64,000 nucleotides of DNA. Origin: Candidatus Poribacteria bacterium (GTDB lineage Bacteria; Poribacteria; WGA-4E; PCPOR2b). The notes below the pieces were generated by a model, which saw only the letters and a program-made list of their open reading frames with translations, ran no database searches and was not told the DNA's origin. The stretch lies in the NCBI GenBank assembly GCA_965218095.1, contig OZ244587.1, positions 2,944,001 through 3,008,000 of the forward strand, in the 5' to 3' direction. Each line of letters starts with the position of its first letter. Within the stretch, counting starts at the first letter, position 1. Below are positions 9,620 through 20,900 of this stretch, piece by piece. The position numbers were made by a program, and so were the translations under genes.

Positions 9620-12582
9620 TAAATCCCTACCCTTCTGAAGAGGTCATCCGCATCATCACACTCAATCAGATCCATTCCTTTTTCAGCTTCGTTTATTGCT
9701 TTCAATGTTTCCTCATTCGGTATCCGTGTCACTGCTTCCACCACTTGTACCAATCGCGCTAGTTCCGTCTGCACGTCAGCGGGCAAATGGACACGAATGG
9801 CACGGCGATCACGCTTACTCAACGCCAAAAAATCACCCAACGCCTGAGCGTTTTTCAAGACGCCAAAAGAGAACTTTCTGCCTGGAATCGGCAGGTCTTC
9901 CACATCGTCGGACGTGATTTGCATGAACACCCCACTATTGGGTCCGCCTTTATGCAACTGTCCGGTCGAGTGCAGAAAGCGGGGACCATACCCTAACGTC
10001 GTGGCGACCTTTTTTCTGTTGCGAATACAGAGGCGCATCGTCTGCAACTGCTCCTGATGCACCGCATTCATCTCGATGTACGCGTTGAATGCCGCATAGT
10101 CGCCGGCGTTGATGCGGCCCAGGTGCGCGGCGAGGTAAGACTCCAGCGAACTCTCGGGAAAACCAGTGTTCGGTGCAGCGGCGGCGAGGGCTGCCGCATT
10201 CTTCTCGTCGGTGAAAATCTTGATACCGTCGGCTTCCAGCACAGGGGTTTCGGGGGGTAGGCTATTCGCCCGTTCGTATTCATCTGTTAGAGATTTTGTG
10301 TAATCCTTGCTTTCCTGAACGTTGGGTTGATTGAAGGGATTTATACCCAGTATAGAACCGGCCACCGCAGTTGCCATCTCCCAGCGGAAAAACTCTTCGC
10401 CCAGATCAATTGCCTCCTCTATTGTGATGCGCACGACGGGTTGTCCAGCCTGCTCTAGTGCATCGACCTTCGCATCTTGATTTGAGTCAGGTGCTGCATT
10501 CAGGCGGATGTAAACAAACAAGCGATCGTCGCCGTAGATTTCCGGCAGACCGAGCGGTTCGTTGTCGATGGGAATCAACCCAAGCCCCTGTTTGCCGGTA
10601 CTCTCAGCCAGGAGTTGCTCCAATCACGCGCCAAGGTCGCTGATATCCGGCGAGGCAACAATCGTTACCTTGTCGCGTCCAGCTTTCGCTAACTCGCCCA
10701 GGATGACGCCTAAAACAACGCCCGGATTGTCCGCCGGTGGCACACCGGCGGCGCAACTTTGCACCATGCGCTCCGCACGGTCCAGGAACGTGCGGACATC
10801 CACACCCATAATCGCTGCAGGCGCCATGCCGAAGTTCGACAGCGCCGAGTAGCGTCCGCCGATCGAAGGTACGCCCATAAAAATATGGCGGAAGCCACGC
10901 TCCCTGGCATCAATCTCCATCCGGGATCCGGGGTCTGTGATGGCAATGAAGTGCTCACCCGCCCGTGCCCCAACAAGCTGCTGCACCTTGTCAAAGAAGT
11001 AGTTGCGGAAGACATTCGATTCGGTTGTGCTGCCCGATTTGCTGGCGACAATGAAGACCGTTTGCGCCAGATCCACCACCTTCTCAAACGTCTTTACCTG
11101 GGCGGGTACGGTAGAGTCGAGGACGTGGAGTTGCGGATAGTCATCCAACTGACCGAAGCTCAAGCTCATCACTTCCGGGCACAGACTGCTGCCGCCCATG
11201 CCCAAAATTGGCGAGTGTTTGAAACCCGCGCCCTTCACTTCCTGGGCAATCGCCTGAAGGTGTTCAGAGTGCTCTAGTTGCTGCTCAGTGATGTGTAACC
11301 AGCCAAGCTAGTGGCTTTCATCCGTATTCGTCCACAAGCTGGCGTCACCATCCCAAAGCCTGTGGACCTTCCCGCTCTGCCGCCAATCTTCAAGCGTCTT
11401 ATTGACGATTTCTTCGTAGGAAGCGATGGTATAGACTTGGCGGTCGAGCGTCGTACCGAGCAGCACTTCACGCTTCTTCTCCACCGCGCTTATCAACTTA
11501 TCGAAGGCATCAGCGAACAGTTTTACGCCGTCGTCGAGGAGCTGATGGGTCACTTCCTCTATTGAGATGCTGATATACCCAAGCATCTCCATCGCTTCGC
11601 GGGCTTCGTCTATGCCCTCCTCCAGGCTAGCGCGGCACTTTCCATGGTCGCGGAACGCTGTGAGCGCGGCGGCAGGCATGGTGCTCACCGTCTCTGGTCC
11701 AATCAACTCTTCAACGTAGCGCACGTCGCGATAGTTCGGGTTTTTCGTGCTGGTACTTGCCCAGAGGAGCCGTTGGGTGCACGCCCCTTTGTCAGCTAAT
11801 GCCTGCCAGCGGTTAGAGTTGTAGAACCCCTTATAGCAATGGTAAGCCAGTTTAGCGTTGTCGATGGCGATTCTCCCGATGAGGTTCTGCAACTCAGTAC
11901 GCTTACGGGGGCAGGTCGCCGTTGCCAGTCGCGCCTCGGCGAGGCTATCTACCAGCGTATCAATGTGGCTGAGGAAGAAGCTCGCCACACTGCTGACTTT
12001 GCTTACATCGCCGCCCGCTGTCGCCAACTTCTCCAGACCAGAGATATAGGCGTTCACTACCGCCTCATAGACTTCCAGCGAGAAGATAAGCGTCACGTTT
12101 ATATTCATGCCCGCACCGATGAGATGTTCAATTGCAGGGATGCCAGCGGGCGTGGCAGGCACTTTAATCATCACGTTGTCACGAGTAACCGCATCGTGTA
12201 AACGCCTGGCTTCGGCGATCGTGTTTTCTGTGTGGTGCGCCAGATGGGGCGACACCTCAAGGGATACATAGCCATCGCGTCCGTCTGTCTGTTCGTAGAT
12301 GGGCAACATCACGTCCGCAGCCAATTGGATGTCCTCAATGGCAAGGGCTTCATAGATCGCCTGTGCGCTTTTGCCCTGCCGGACGAACGCCTCAGTTACA
12401 GCATCATAGTCGGTGCTGCCAGTGATGGCTTTCTCAAAGATGGCGGGATTTGACGTAATTCCCAGTAGTCCATCGTCGTCAACCATTTTCTGTAATTCGC
12501 CTGATGTGATGAACCCACGACGAATATTGTCATACCAGACGCTCTGTCCGAATTTTTGAAGTTCGACTAACGGGTTTGCCAT
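9619..12582 (-). pseudogene. tal-pgi: Bifunctional transaldolase/phosphoglucose isomerase (Tal-Pgi), two nonsense codons, C-terminus fused to a DinJ/RelB fragment
   Basis: GITSNPAIF, NVMIKVPAT, WASTSTKNP; LGMGGSSL, SKSGSTTE, GGRYS, NQPNVQESK; one frame interrupted by TAG (11308) and TGA (10624). Confidence 0.88.
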
Positions 12583-12642
12583 ACTTATTTCCTTCCAAAT
12601 CAGTACCTGAAGAACTATTCCGCTAGCCGGACTCTGGTGATA

Positions 12643-13430
12643 TTACACTGAGTCTGTTGGAACATCACGCAACGAATCATCAAGGGTTCCAACCAGACTT
12701 GCCAGGTAATCGCGATCACGTTGTAATGCTGCGAATTTGTCATCGGCGTGAACAAACTCAATTTCAAGATATCCATCGTATCCGTGCACAGCCAGGAGCT
12801 CAATGACTCTGCTGTAATCGACAACACCATCAGCAATTGGGCAGGCTTTCCCACTCGCATCCGCATTTTGGGCATGCACATTAACAATGTGTGGGGCGAG
12901 CTTTTGTACCGCTTCATGTGGTTCATCTGCGTCTGCCCTGAAAGTGGGTTGATAGTATGTCTTGAGCGACGGCAATTTGACCTGCTCAATCAACTCCAGG
13001 ATGCTTGTGACGCTATCGGTGAGGTTGTTGTTATGCATCTCCAGCCCTAACGTGAGCCGCCGGAATTGCACCCACTGCGGAAGGCGATCAATCGTTTTTC
13101 ACTCGGGTGGATTGTTTTAGAGGGACCGCCCCCGGACCAAATCCGCACGAGATTGGTTCCCAAACCTTGTGCAATCTTGAAGGCCTCTTCTAAATGCTTC
13201 TGATACCGAGGCATAAGTGGATTCACGTAAGAGCCGAGCGCGGAGATTTCCAATCCCTTCCGCGATACCATATCCTTGACCTTGTTAACATAGTCTGCGT
13301 CGTACTCGGCTGGCATGTGTGGGTCTTGCCCCCAAATTTCGATACCATCCAACCCGTAATCCGCTGCGATGTCTATCACCTCTTCCAGCGGCCTCTCACG
13401 AAAAGCAATTGTACATAAGCCTAATTTCAT
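12643..13430 (-). pseudogene. Sugar phosphate isomerase/epimerase (TIM barrel), frameshifted
   Basis: N-half ORF 13047-13430 (GLDGIEIW) and C-half ORF 12643-13071 (LEMH, NVHAQ, YDGYLEIEF) lie in different frames. Confidence 0.75.
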
Positions 13431-13618
13431 TCTCGTCTTGACTCCTTATCGGCATGGCCCACAACATGAGTACAAACCCTCACCAAGCCAAAAGCATACC
13501 ACAAATCAGATCATCTTGCAACTGTAAATTATACTAACTACCAATTCTCCACGATACCGAATTTGGAACGAAATCCACTGTTTTATCGTTGGAATGTATA
13601 TTCATCATATCTATACTA

Positions 13619-14429
13619 GGTTCTGTTGACATTTCAAGGGCGCCATACTAAGAGTGGCGACAAAGCTGAGAAATCCAAAATAACGGACAGCTAACTTCTC
13701 AAACCGAGAGAAGATACGACGATACCATTTTATCTTGTTGATGAAACATTCAACCCGATGTCTCTCTTTGTATAAGTGTTTGTCATACGTTCTTTGGTCA
13801 ACACGATGACTTTTTGGCGGTATCACCGCAATCGCTCCATTCGCCTCAATAACCGCGATAAAAGCGTCCGAATCGTACCCCTTGTCTCCAATCACATATT
13901 CACTGTTATATCCGATTATCAACCCTTCCGCCTCAGTTATGTCATGTCTCTGACCGGGTGTCAGATGAATTCTTAGGGGATTGCCTAGTCCGTCAACGGT
14001 GATGTGATTTTTTGTACTGAAACCGCCCCGAGAGCGACCTAATGCTTGGTTTTCAGTGCCACCCTTTTTTTTAAGGCGCCCGCCGCAGACGGGTGAGCGC
14101 GGCAGATGGTACTGTCCACAATAAGCGACTCGATATCGGGGTCAGAGGCAAAGTGGGGGTGCATCTGTGTGAAGATACCTTTGTCGCACCATTGAGCAAA
14201 CCGCTTGTAGCGGGTGTTCCATTTGCCATAGGTGTCTGGTAGAAGTCTCCATTGAGCCCCACTACGAGTCACCCACAGAACTGCTTCGACGAAGCGGCGT
14301 GTAGCAGCTTCGAGATGGTGGGACAGCTAAGAAGAAACCGGTATATCTTATTCCATTGTTCATCAGGTAAGGTTATTGGCGTCATTCTTCTATTATGCCA
14401 CAACCTTATACTCAAATGTCAACAGAACC
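13619..14429 (-). mobile_element. IS5-family element (two-ORF), degraded copy
   Basis: TIRs GGTTCTGTTGACATTT at both ends, TA duplication in CTAG; [23 protein letters not shown]; 10-bp deletion near the 5' end relative to the second copy. Confidence 0.92.
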
Positions 14430-14449
14430 TAGGAGAAAGTTTAGAGAAG

Positions 14450-15489
14450 ATGAAATCTCATGCGACCTTGTACCTCACTTTGATTTTATATTTAATGGCT
14501 GTGTCATTAGTGACTACTGTGGAATCGGAACCGGAAATCAGTGTTGTCTGCGTGGGCGACATTATGTTGGCGGGCAACGCGGCCCCTGTGATTGAGAGAA
14601 AGGGGATTGATTACCCGTTTGACGGGACTCGCCATATCACCCAAGCGGCGGACGTGGCGATCGGGAACCTGGAAATGCCAATTGCAACAGGTGGGGAGCC
14701 TGTTCCAGATAAAACATATACATTTCGTGGACACCCTCGTTTGGCAAAAGGTATCGCAAATGCTGGGTTGGATGTCCTCTCCCTGGCGAATAACCACACC
14801 GGGGATTATGGAGATGAGGCAGTGCTGGAGACATTGAAAATTTTAACGCAGAACGGCTTGAAGTATGCCGGGGCAGGCGCAGATCTCAAGGCAACGAGGA
14901 ACCCGGCTGTTGTAGAGGTCAAGGGGGTGCAGATCGCGGTCCTCGCTTACGCGAATACCTTTCCGTTTGAATTCTTCGCTGGAGAAAGCGACCCCGGACA
15001 GTCCGTGGAACCCCTGAATTTTTCGTTCCCGACATTGAGGCGGCGAAGAAATGGGCGGATCTCGTGATTGTCTCCTTCCACTGGGGCGGTGAGTTGGTGA
15101 CGGAGTTGCGTGACTATCAAGAGGCGCTTGGGCGTCGCGCCATTGATGTGGGGGCAGACCTTGTTTTCGGGCATCACCCCCATGTCTTGCAAGGGGTTGA
15201 GGTTTACAAAGGCAAGTTAATCGCTTACAGTTTGGGCAACTTCGCATTTGGATCGTACAGCAAAAATGCTAGGACGAGCGCAATCTTACGAGTGACATTT
15301 CAGGGGAAGGGAATTAAGCGGGCGGAGCTCATCCCAATCAACGTCTTTAATCACGAAGTGGCTTTCCAGCCGCAAGTGTTGAAAGGCGAAGCGGCGGAAG
15401 CCGTGCTTGATGAAGTGCGCCGCCTTTCGGAGAAACGGGGAACGCAGATTATTACGGAAGGGAGTGTGGGTGTGGTTTGGATGCGGTAG
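14450..15489 (+). pseudogene. CapA/PGA_cap family metallophosphoesterase, 1-bp frameshift near 14997
   Basis: VGDIML, GNLE, LANNH...DYG; continues in another frame with HWG, GHHPHV, YSLGNF. Confidence 0.8.
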
Positions 15490-15524
15490 GTGGACGACGG
15501 GCCATGCCCTTCTGCCAGGAGCTA

Positions 15525-15601
15525 TAGCACCGCAGATTTCGTAGGATGACACGGATTCGGTTTGCTATTTAATCTGCGTAATCCTACTTATCCGTGGTTC
15601 T
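15525..15601. repeat. Intergenic hairpin repeat, copy 2 of the 944-1005 family
   Basis: accgcagatttcgtaggatgacacggatt ... aatctgcgtaatcctacttatccgtggtt. Confidence 0.65.
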
Positions 15602-15702
15602 GAAAAAGGAGAACAGAATGCCCCATGCAACCGAAGTCACATGGGGCTGTTGGGCAAGGGCGAAAACGTTCAAAGGTGAAGATCACAGAATCGAAAAAAC
15701 GC

Positions 15703-15731
15703 TTGATGGGACTATGCGTGTAGGTTATAAT
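15703..15731 (+). promoter_or_regulatory. Putative sigma70 promoter for trpD
   Basis: TTGATG-17 bp-TATAAT. Confidence 0.5.
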
Positions 15732-15867
15732 GATGGAACATCAAACAGGTTTAACGGAATGGTGAAATCCTGTGCAGCAGGGAATTGTCCGTTTCCCAAG
15801 TCGAAGAAAAACAGATGGCCGTCACATGGCTTGAGATTAAGCTTTATAATGAGGAGGAAACTTTACA

Positions 15868-16878
15868 ATGATCCGCGAAACGATTCAAAAAGTTGTTGAT
15901 GGACAAGACTTAACCGAGGGTGACACCGTTGATACCATGAATGAAATTATGAATGGCGAAGCGACACCGGCGCAAATCGCTTGCTTCATTACTGCCCTGC
16001 GAATCAAGGGCGAGACGATTGAAGAGATCACCGGTGCCGCGCGTGTCATGCGCGAAAAATCGACGAAGATCCGGACGAAACACCCATTCGTCGTTGATAC
16101 CTGCGGGACGGGCGGGGACAGTTCGCATACATTCAACATCTCGACGACTGCCGCATTTGTCGTTGTGGGAGCAGGTATTCCGGTGGCAAAGCACGGCAAC
16201 CGGTCTGTTTCCAGCAGCAGCGGCAGTGCAGATGTCCTCACGGCGCTGGGGGTCAATATCGAAATTACGCCGGAACAGGTAGCAGCGTGCATTGACGAAG
16301 TGGGAATCGGCTTTCTCTTGGCACCGGCTTTGCACGGTGCAATGAAATACGCAATCGGGCCCCGCCGCGAAATCGGTATCCGCACGATCTTCAACGCACT
16401 CGGTCCACTCACGAATCCCGCTGGCGCCCAGGCGCAAGTGATTGGGGTTTATGCACCGGAGCTTACAGAGCCATTGGCGAATGTCCTCAACAATCTTGGG
16501 AGTCGACATGCGTTTGTCGTACATGGCGGAGACGGCTTGGATGAAATCACTACGACAACGACGACGCGGGTTTCAGAGTTGGTGAGTGGTGCGGTCAAGA
16601 CGTACACAGTCGATTCGACAGAATTGGGCATCCCAACAGCGCAGTCCGCTGATCTCAAGGGTGGGACACCAGAGGAAAATGCTGAGTTGACGTTGAGTGT
16701 CCTCAGAGGCGAAGCAGGACCCAAGCGGGATATCGTGTTGCTCAATGCGGCTGCAGCGATTGTCGCTGGTGGGAAGGCTGAAGACCTGAAGGCGGGACTC
16801 GCGCTTGCAGCGGAATCGATTGATTCTGGGAAGGCGTTGGAGAAGTTGGAGGGATTGAAGGCGAGGTCGAATTCATAA
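15868..16878 (+). CDS. trpD: Anthranilate phosphoribosyltransferase
   Basis: [34 protein letters not shown]. Confidence 0.97.
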   Translation: MIRETIQKVVDGQDLTEGDTVDTMNEIMNGEATPAQIACFITALRIKGETIEEITGAARVMREKSTKIRTKHPFVVDTCGTGGDSSHTFNISTTAAFVVVGAGIPVAKHGNRSVSSSSGSADVLTALGVNIEITPEQVAACIDEVGIGFLLAPALHGAMKYAIGPRREIGIRTIFNALGPLTNPAGAQAQVIGVYAPELTEPLANVLNNLGSRHAFVVHGGDGLDEITTTTTTRVSELVSGAVKTYTVDSTELGIPTAQSADLKGGTPEENAELTLSVLRGEAGPKRDIVLLNAAAAIVAGGKAEDLKAGLALAAESIDSGKALEKLEGLKARSNS

Positions 16879-16917
16879 TACTTGTGAAGGAACTTGAGTT
16901 GAAGGAAAGGAAAGCCA

Positions 16918-17700
16918 TTGATCTTAGATACCATTGTTGCCCACAAACGGGTAGAACTCAAACAGGAACAACAACAGATTCCGTTGAGTGTTCTGAAAGA
17001 CAGGATTAGAGATCTGCCGCCGACGCGAGATTTTCGATCTTCGCTATCAACCCCGAATCACGTCAACCTCATTGCCGAAGTCAAAAAGAAGTCTCCAAGT
17101 AAAGGGATTATCCGCGAGGATTTTGATCCGGTCACGATCGCTGAAACTTATGCGGCAAATGGTGCGTCGGCAATCTCTGTCCTGACAGACCGCGAATTCT
17201 TCTGCGGTGAACTTGGGTATCTGTGCGCCATCCGTAAAGCGGTCGATTTGCCGCTTCTGCGTAAAGATTTCACCATTGACCCGTATCATATCTATCAAGC
17301 TCGGGTTGCGGGCACCGACGCTATCTTGCTCATTGTCTCGATCTTGAGGTTAGCTCAACTGCGTGAATTCATCGAAATTGCGCAAAGCCTTGGTCTCGCC
17401 AGCCTTGTCGAAGTCCATACCGACGAAGAGTTAGAACTTGCATTGGCAGCAGATGCGGAGATCATCGGCATTAACAACCGTGATCTGAAAACCTTCCATA
17501 CAAACATGGTAACTACTCTCCGTTTGAGAAAATCGATCCCAGATGATAAAATCGTCGTGAGTGAAAGTGGCATCAATACCCACGAGGATGTTGTGAAACT
17601 CAAGGAAGCGGGAGTCAACGCGATTCTCGTCGGGGAGTCTTTAATGCGGAGTCCGGACATCGGGTACAAAGTCAGGGAATTATCAGGAACGCAGGCTTAA
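16918..17700 (+). CDS. trpC: Indole-3-glycerol phosphate synthase
   Basis: IAEVKKKSPSKG, LRKDF, GINNRDL, VSESGI. Confidence 0.97.
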   Translation: MILDTIVAHKRVELKQEQQQIPLSVLKDRIRDLPPTRDFRSSLSTPNHVNLIAEVKKKSPSKGIIREDFDPVTIAETYAANGASAISVLTDREFFCGELGYLCAIRKAVDLPLLRKDFTIDPYHIYQARVAGTDAILLIVSILRLAQLREFIEIAQSLGLASLVEVHTDEELELALAADAEIIGINNRDLKTFHTNMVTTLRLRKSIPDDKIVVSESGINTHEDVVKLKEAGVNAILVGESLMRSPDIGYKVRELSGTQA

Positions 17701-17701
17701 A

Positions 17702-19618
17702 TTGAATTCATTTTCTTGTTTTTCCGTTTCACAGTTTCTTCTTGTCTATCTTCTATGCACAGTTCCTTCCGCGTTTGGGACAATCGAGATCGAATCTGCT
17801 GAACTTGGGTTTGATCGGATTTACAAGCGCGATCGATGGACGCCATTGCAAGTCGTCGTCACAAGCCATAACGAGGTTTTCAATGGGGAGATCAACGTCG
17901 AAGTCCACAACCTCTTTTCGGGGGAGTTGATTCAAGCGTATGCTGCCCCCCTCTCTCTGACACGATCCGATCGCCAACGCCGTGTACTCTACATTTTCCT
18001 GTCGGGGATTTCGACCAAACTGATACTGAAGCTCATTAGCCAGGAGAGGCGAATCCGAACCTCTCAAGAAGTCGTCCCTGAACTTCCAAAACAGGCGATA
18101 GATCTCGTCGTGCTTGCACTAACACCTGGCCGTGATCTGTTGAGCCGCTGGAATGGAGAGCAAATCAGTGGGACAGAGGAGGGGCACGCTTTTGTCGCTT
18201 ATACCGACTTCAAGCATCTCCCCGCCCATTGGAAAGGATACGATTCCGTTGATCTCTTCGTCCTTCGTGGCGTTTCGTTGATTGAGCGCCGCATTTCTAA
18301 GCAACAGCAGCGGGCATTGCTCGATTGGATCCAGGCGGGGGGAACCTTACTCATATCGGGAGGTATCGATTTCCGCCACCTACGTGGGAGTTTTCTCGAA
18401 TCTTTTCTGCCCGTGGATCTCGTTGCCTTGCGAACGGAAACCGATCTCTTGGAATCGATGCAGCAATTCGGGTTTGAAGCAAGTTCACCCTTCGATCTGA
18501 TCGAATTCAAACTGAAATCTGACGTTCAAGCATTCGTCGGTAACGAAAGCCAAATCTACATTGCGAAAAGATCATTTGGCAGCGGACAGATCATCAATCT
18601 GGCATTTGACTACAACGTACCCCCTTTTTCTGAGCCGCCGGCGGCGGGGGCATTTTGGGGGTGGCTGCTCCAAGCGGAGGGCAGATCGCCGCACCACACT
18701 GAAGTGCAATACGAAACCTACCGCAGACATCGCGAGAAGATTCAAAAACTGCTGACGACCCTTCCTTCGACAAACGCACCGCTGATCCGGTTATTAGCCA
18801 TTTTCCTGGTCGCTTATGTTCTGAGTTTTGGCGGGTGGACATGGTGGGCGAGGAAGCGCAAATCACGCGCATATTGGATCGGCGGCTTCCTGATCACAGT
18901 GCTGTTCTCCTGTGCTGTGATCGTTCCACGAAATTTCGTGCCAAGTTTGGTATCCGCTAATCGCTTTTCGATTTTATCCGTCTATCCTGAAAGAAATCGC
19001 GCTCACTTGCAGACCTATATCGGACTAATCGCTTCAGCCAGGTCTGAAACGTCGATCCAGTTTCAAGGAGGCGCCTTCACCAGGCCGTTGACGCCAACTG
19101 CTACACCGGCCTTGCAGCTCGTTGAGGCGAAAGATTTTCAACTCCGGGCTGCTTCCTTAGATCCGTGGGTGACGCGAGCCTACTTCACAGAGTCTTTCAT
19201 AGACCTCTTGGCCCCGCGCGCGCTCCCACGCGCTGCATGGAAACGCCATGCGCTGCGCAGCAATAATGGAGAAAGCGATGCTATGCAAATTCAACATCAT
19301 TTTCCGCACGTGCTGGAATACGCATGGCTGATTGATGATGGCAAATACGTCTACCTCGGATCGGCGCCGCCCGATACTGTCATTGAAATTAAGGAAAGTC
19401 CCCAAAAATACCGGCGGCTTCCACTCCCTCAAAGGCTGTCTGGGAGGCGAAAGCAGTTCGTACAAATTCTTGTCGGCGAAGGCCTTCTGAGGTATCTCAC
19501 TCAAGAAGAAGGACTAAACCTCGTTGGTTGGACGCGGGAATCGTTCCTGCCAACGAGGCTGAACCATCCGGTGGATGCTGTTGACGAAACGCTCGTGATC
19601 TTATATTTGGGGGATTGA
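17702..19618 (+). CDS. Membrane-anchored protein with glutamine-amidotransferase-like domain
   Basis: Signal peptide; LPAHWKGYDSVD...LLDWIQAGGTLLISGG; two TM helices. Confidence 0.65.
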   Translation: MNSFSCFSVSQFLLVYLLCTVPSAFGTIEIESAELGFDRIYKRDRWTPLQVVVTSHNEVFNGEINVEVHNLFSGELIQAYAAPLSLTRSDRQRRVLYIFLSGISTKLILKLISQERRIRTSQEVVPELPKQAIDLVVLALTPGRDLLSRWNGEQISGTEEGHAFVAYTDFKHLPAHWKGYDSVDLFVLRGVSLIERRISKQQQRALLDWIQAGGTLLISGGIDFRHLRGSFLESFLPVDLVALRTETDLLESMQQFGFEASSPFDLIEFKLKSDVQAFVGNESQIYIAKRSFGSGQIINLAFDYNVPPFSEPPAAGAFWGWLLQAEGRSPHHTEVQYETYRRHREKIQKLLTTLPSTNAPLIRLLAIFLVAYVLSFGGWTWWARKRKSRAYWIGGFLITVLFSCAVIVPRNFVPSLVSANRFSILSVYPERNRAHLQTYIGLIASARSETSIQFQGGAFTRPLTPTATPALQLVEAKDFQLRAASLDPWVTRAYFTESFIDLLAPRALPRAAWKRHALRSNNGESDAMQIQHHFPHVLEYAWLIDDGKYVYLGSAPPDTVIEIKESPQKYRRLPLPQRLSGRRKQFVQILVGEGLLRYLTQEEGLNLVGWTRESFLPTRLNHPVDAVDETLVILYLGD

Positions 19619-19626
19619 AAACAGAG

Positions 19627-19811
19627 TAGTACACGTCGGCAGAAATATGTGGACAGTTACAGTGGAGCCCCGATAAATCGGGATGTAAACACCTGCCGTG
19701 CTCGTCCGAGAATCGGACTGGCTGGTTCAATCGTTCGAGTTGAGGAACGGGCGAGCCGCCCGCTCTACGGGAAAACATCAACTGCCTGTGAACTTCTGCC
19801 GCGATGTAGTA
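19627..19811. repeat. MITE-like element with imperfect TIRs containing a REP and a CCCGAT-ATCGGG palindrome
   Basis: tagtacacgtcggcagaa / ttctgccgcgatgtagta (14/18); cgggcgagccgcccgctctac; ccccgataaatcggga. Confidence 0.6.
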
Positions 19812-19946
19812 GTATCCGTCCTGAGTGTTGCTGAATGGCATCTAACCACCAGGACACAAAGGAAATCAAAAAGATTAATTTGAAAATCTTCGTGTCTTTG
19901 TGATTATGGGCACCACCAAAAACAAGGAGATAAGAAATACGATCCA

Positions 19947-20891
19947 ATGGCCCATCGTCCATCCCCGAATTTTACATATTTTTGCCTGCTAACTCTCCTA
20001 ATCGTTTATGCGCCCTCATTGCATGGCGAAACTGAGGATTCATGGAAAATGCTCAAAAGCACACATTTCCAGATCTACCACCAGCCATACGAGCGACTTG
20101 CACAAGATGTCGCAGATATCGCTGAGAAGTTCTACCCTCGCTTGGATCGCCTGATTGGTGGGGTGGAGATGGGCAAGATCGAGATCTGGATTTGCGAAAC
20201 TCAGAAGCAATTTCAGTCCGCTGTCCATGCTCCCATTCAAGACTGGGCAATCGGCTGCGCATTCCCACTCAGTCGGCGCATTGTGATTCAGAATCCGCGT
20301 GTTGTCATCGAACGAAAATTCCAATTGTCACAGGTCATCCGTCACGAAATTGTACATGTCGCTTTTGGGCAACGCACGAAAGCCGCAATCGGAGATATCC
20401 CCTTGTGGTTTGTTGAGGGGATTGCAATTTATCTTTCCGGTGAGTGGGCGCCTCACCGTCACGAAGTCATGTTTGAGCACATCTTATCGGGGTCAATCAT
20501 TCCGCTTGCTAACTTGACGGAGCGATTTCCGCGATCTGAAAAGCTGGCTCAACTGGCATATGCAGAGAGTTTGAATGCGGTTGCGTGGCTGGCGGAAATT
20601 GCGGGAATCGAAAAACTGTGGGAAATTATTGATCTGCTTGGAGAGGGAAGCGACTTGGACACGGCTTATAAAAAGGTGATTGGCTGGAATCTCACAACAT
20701 TTGACGTGGAATGGCGATCATCGCTTTCTCAGCGTTACCATTGGGCAGCGATATTCTCAAGCTCTTATCTCTTCTGGGGAAGTCTTGCATTGCTGTCTAT
20801 TCCCATCTACCTGCGATGGCGTCAGCGTGCGCGACAACGACTGACTGAACTTGACCGACAGGAATCACAGGTAGATGCGTTTTTTAAGTAG
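19947..20891 (+). CDS. Peptidase MA family metallopeptidase, membrane anchored
   Basis: HEIVH...PLWFVEG; signal peptide and C-terminal TM. Confidence 0.8.
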   Translation: MAHRPSPNFTYFCLLTLLIVYAPSLHGETEDSWKMLKSTHFQIYHQPYERLAQDVADIAEKFYPRLDRLIGGVEMGKIEIWICETQKQFQSAVHAPIQDWAIGCAFPLSRRIVIQNPRVVIERKFQLSQVIRHEIVHVAFGQRTKAAIGDIPLWFVEGIAIYLSGEWAPHRHEVMFEHILSGSIIPLANLTERFPRSEKLAQLAYAESLNAVAWLAEIAGIEKLWEIIDLLGEGSDLDTAYKKVIGWNLTTFDVEWRSSLSQRYHWAAIFSSSYLFWGSLALLSIPIYLRWRQRARQRLTELDRQESQVDAFFK

Positions 20892-20900
20892 GCATCACGT

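Noticed and set aside
14252-14449. N-terminal extension of the capA ORF
   Set aside because: It is antisense IS5 sequence; the real start is 14450
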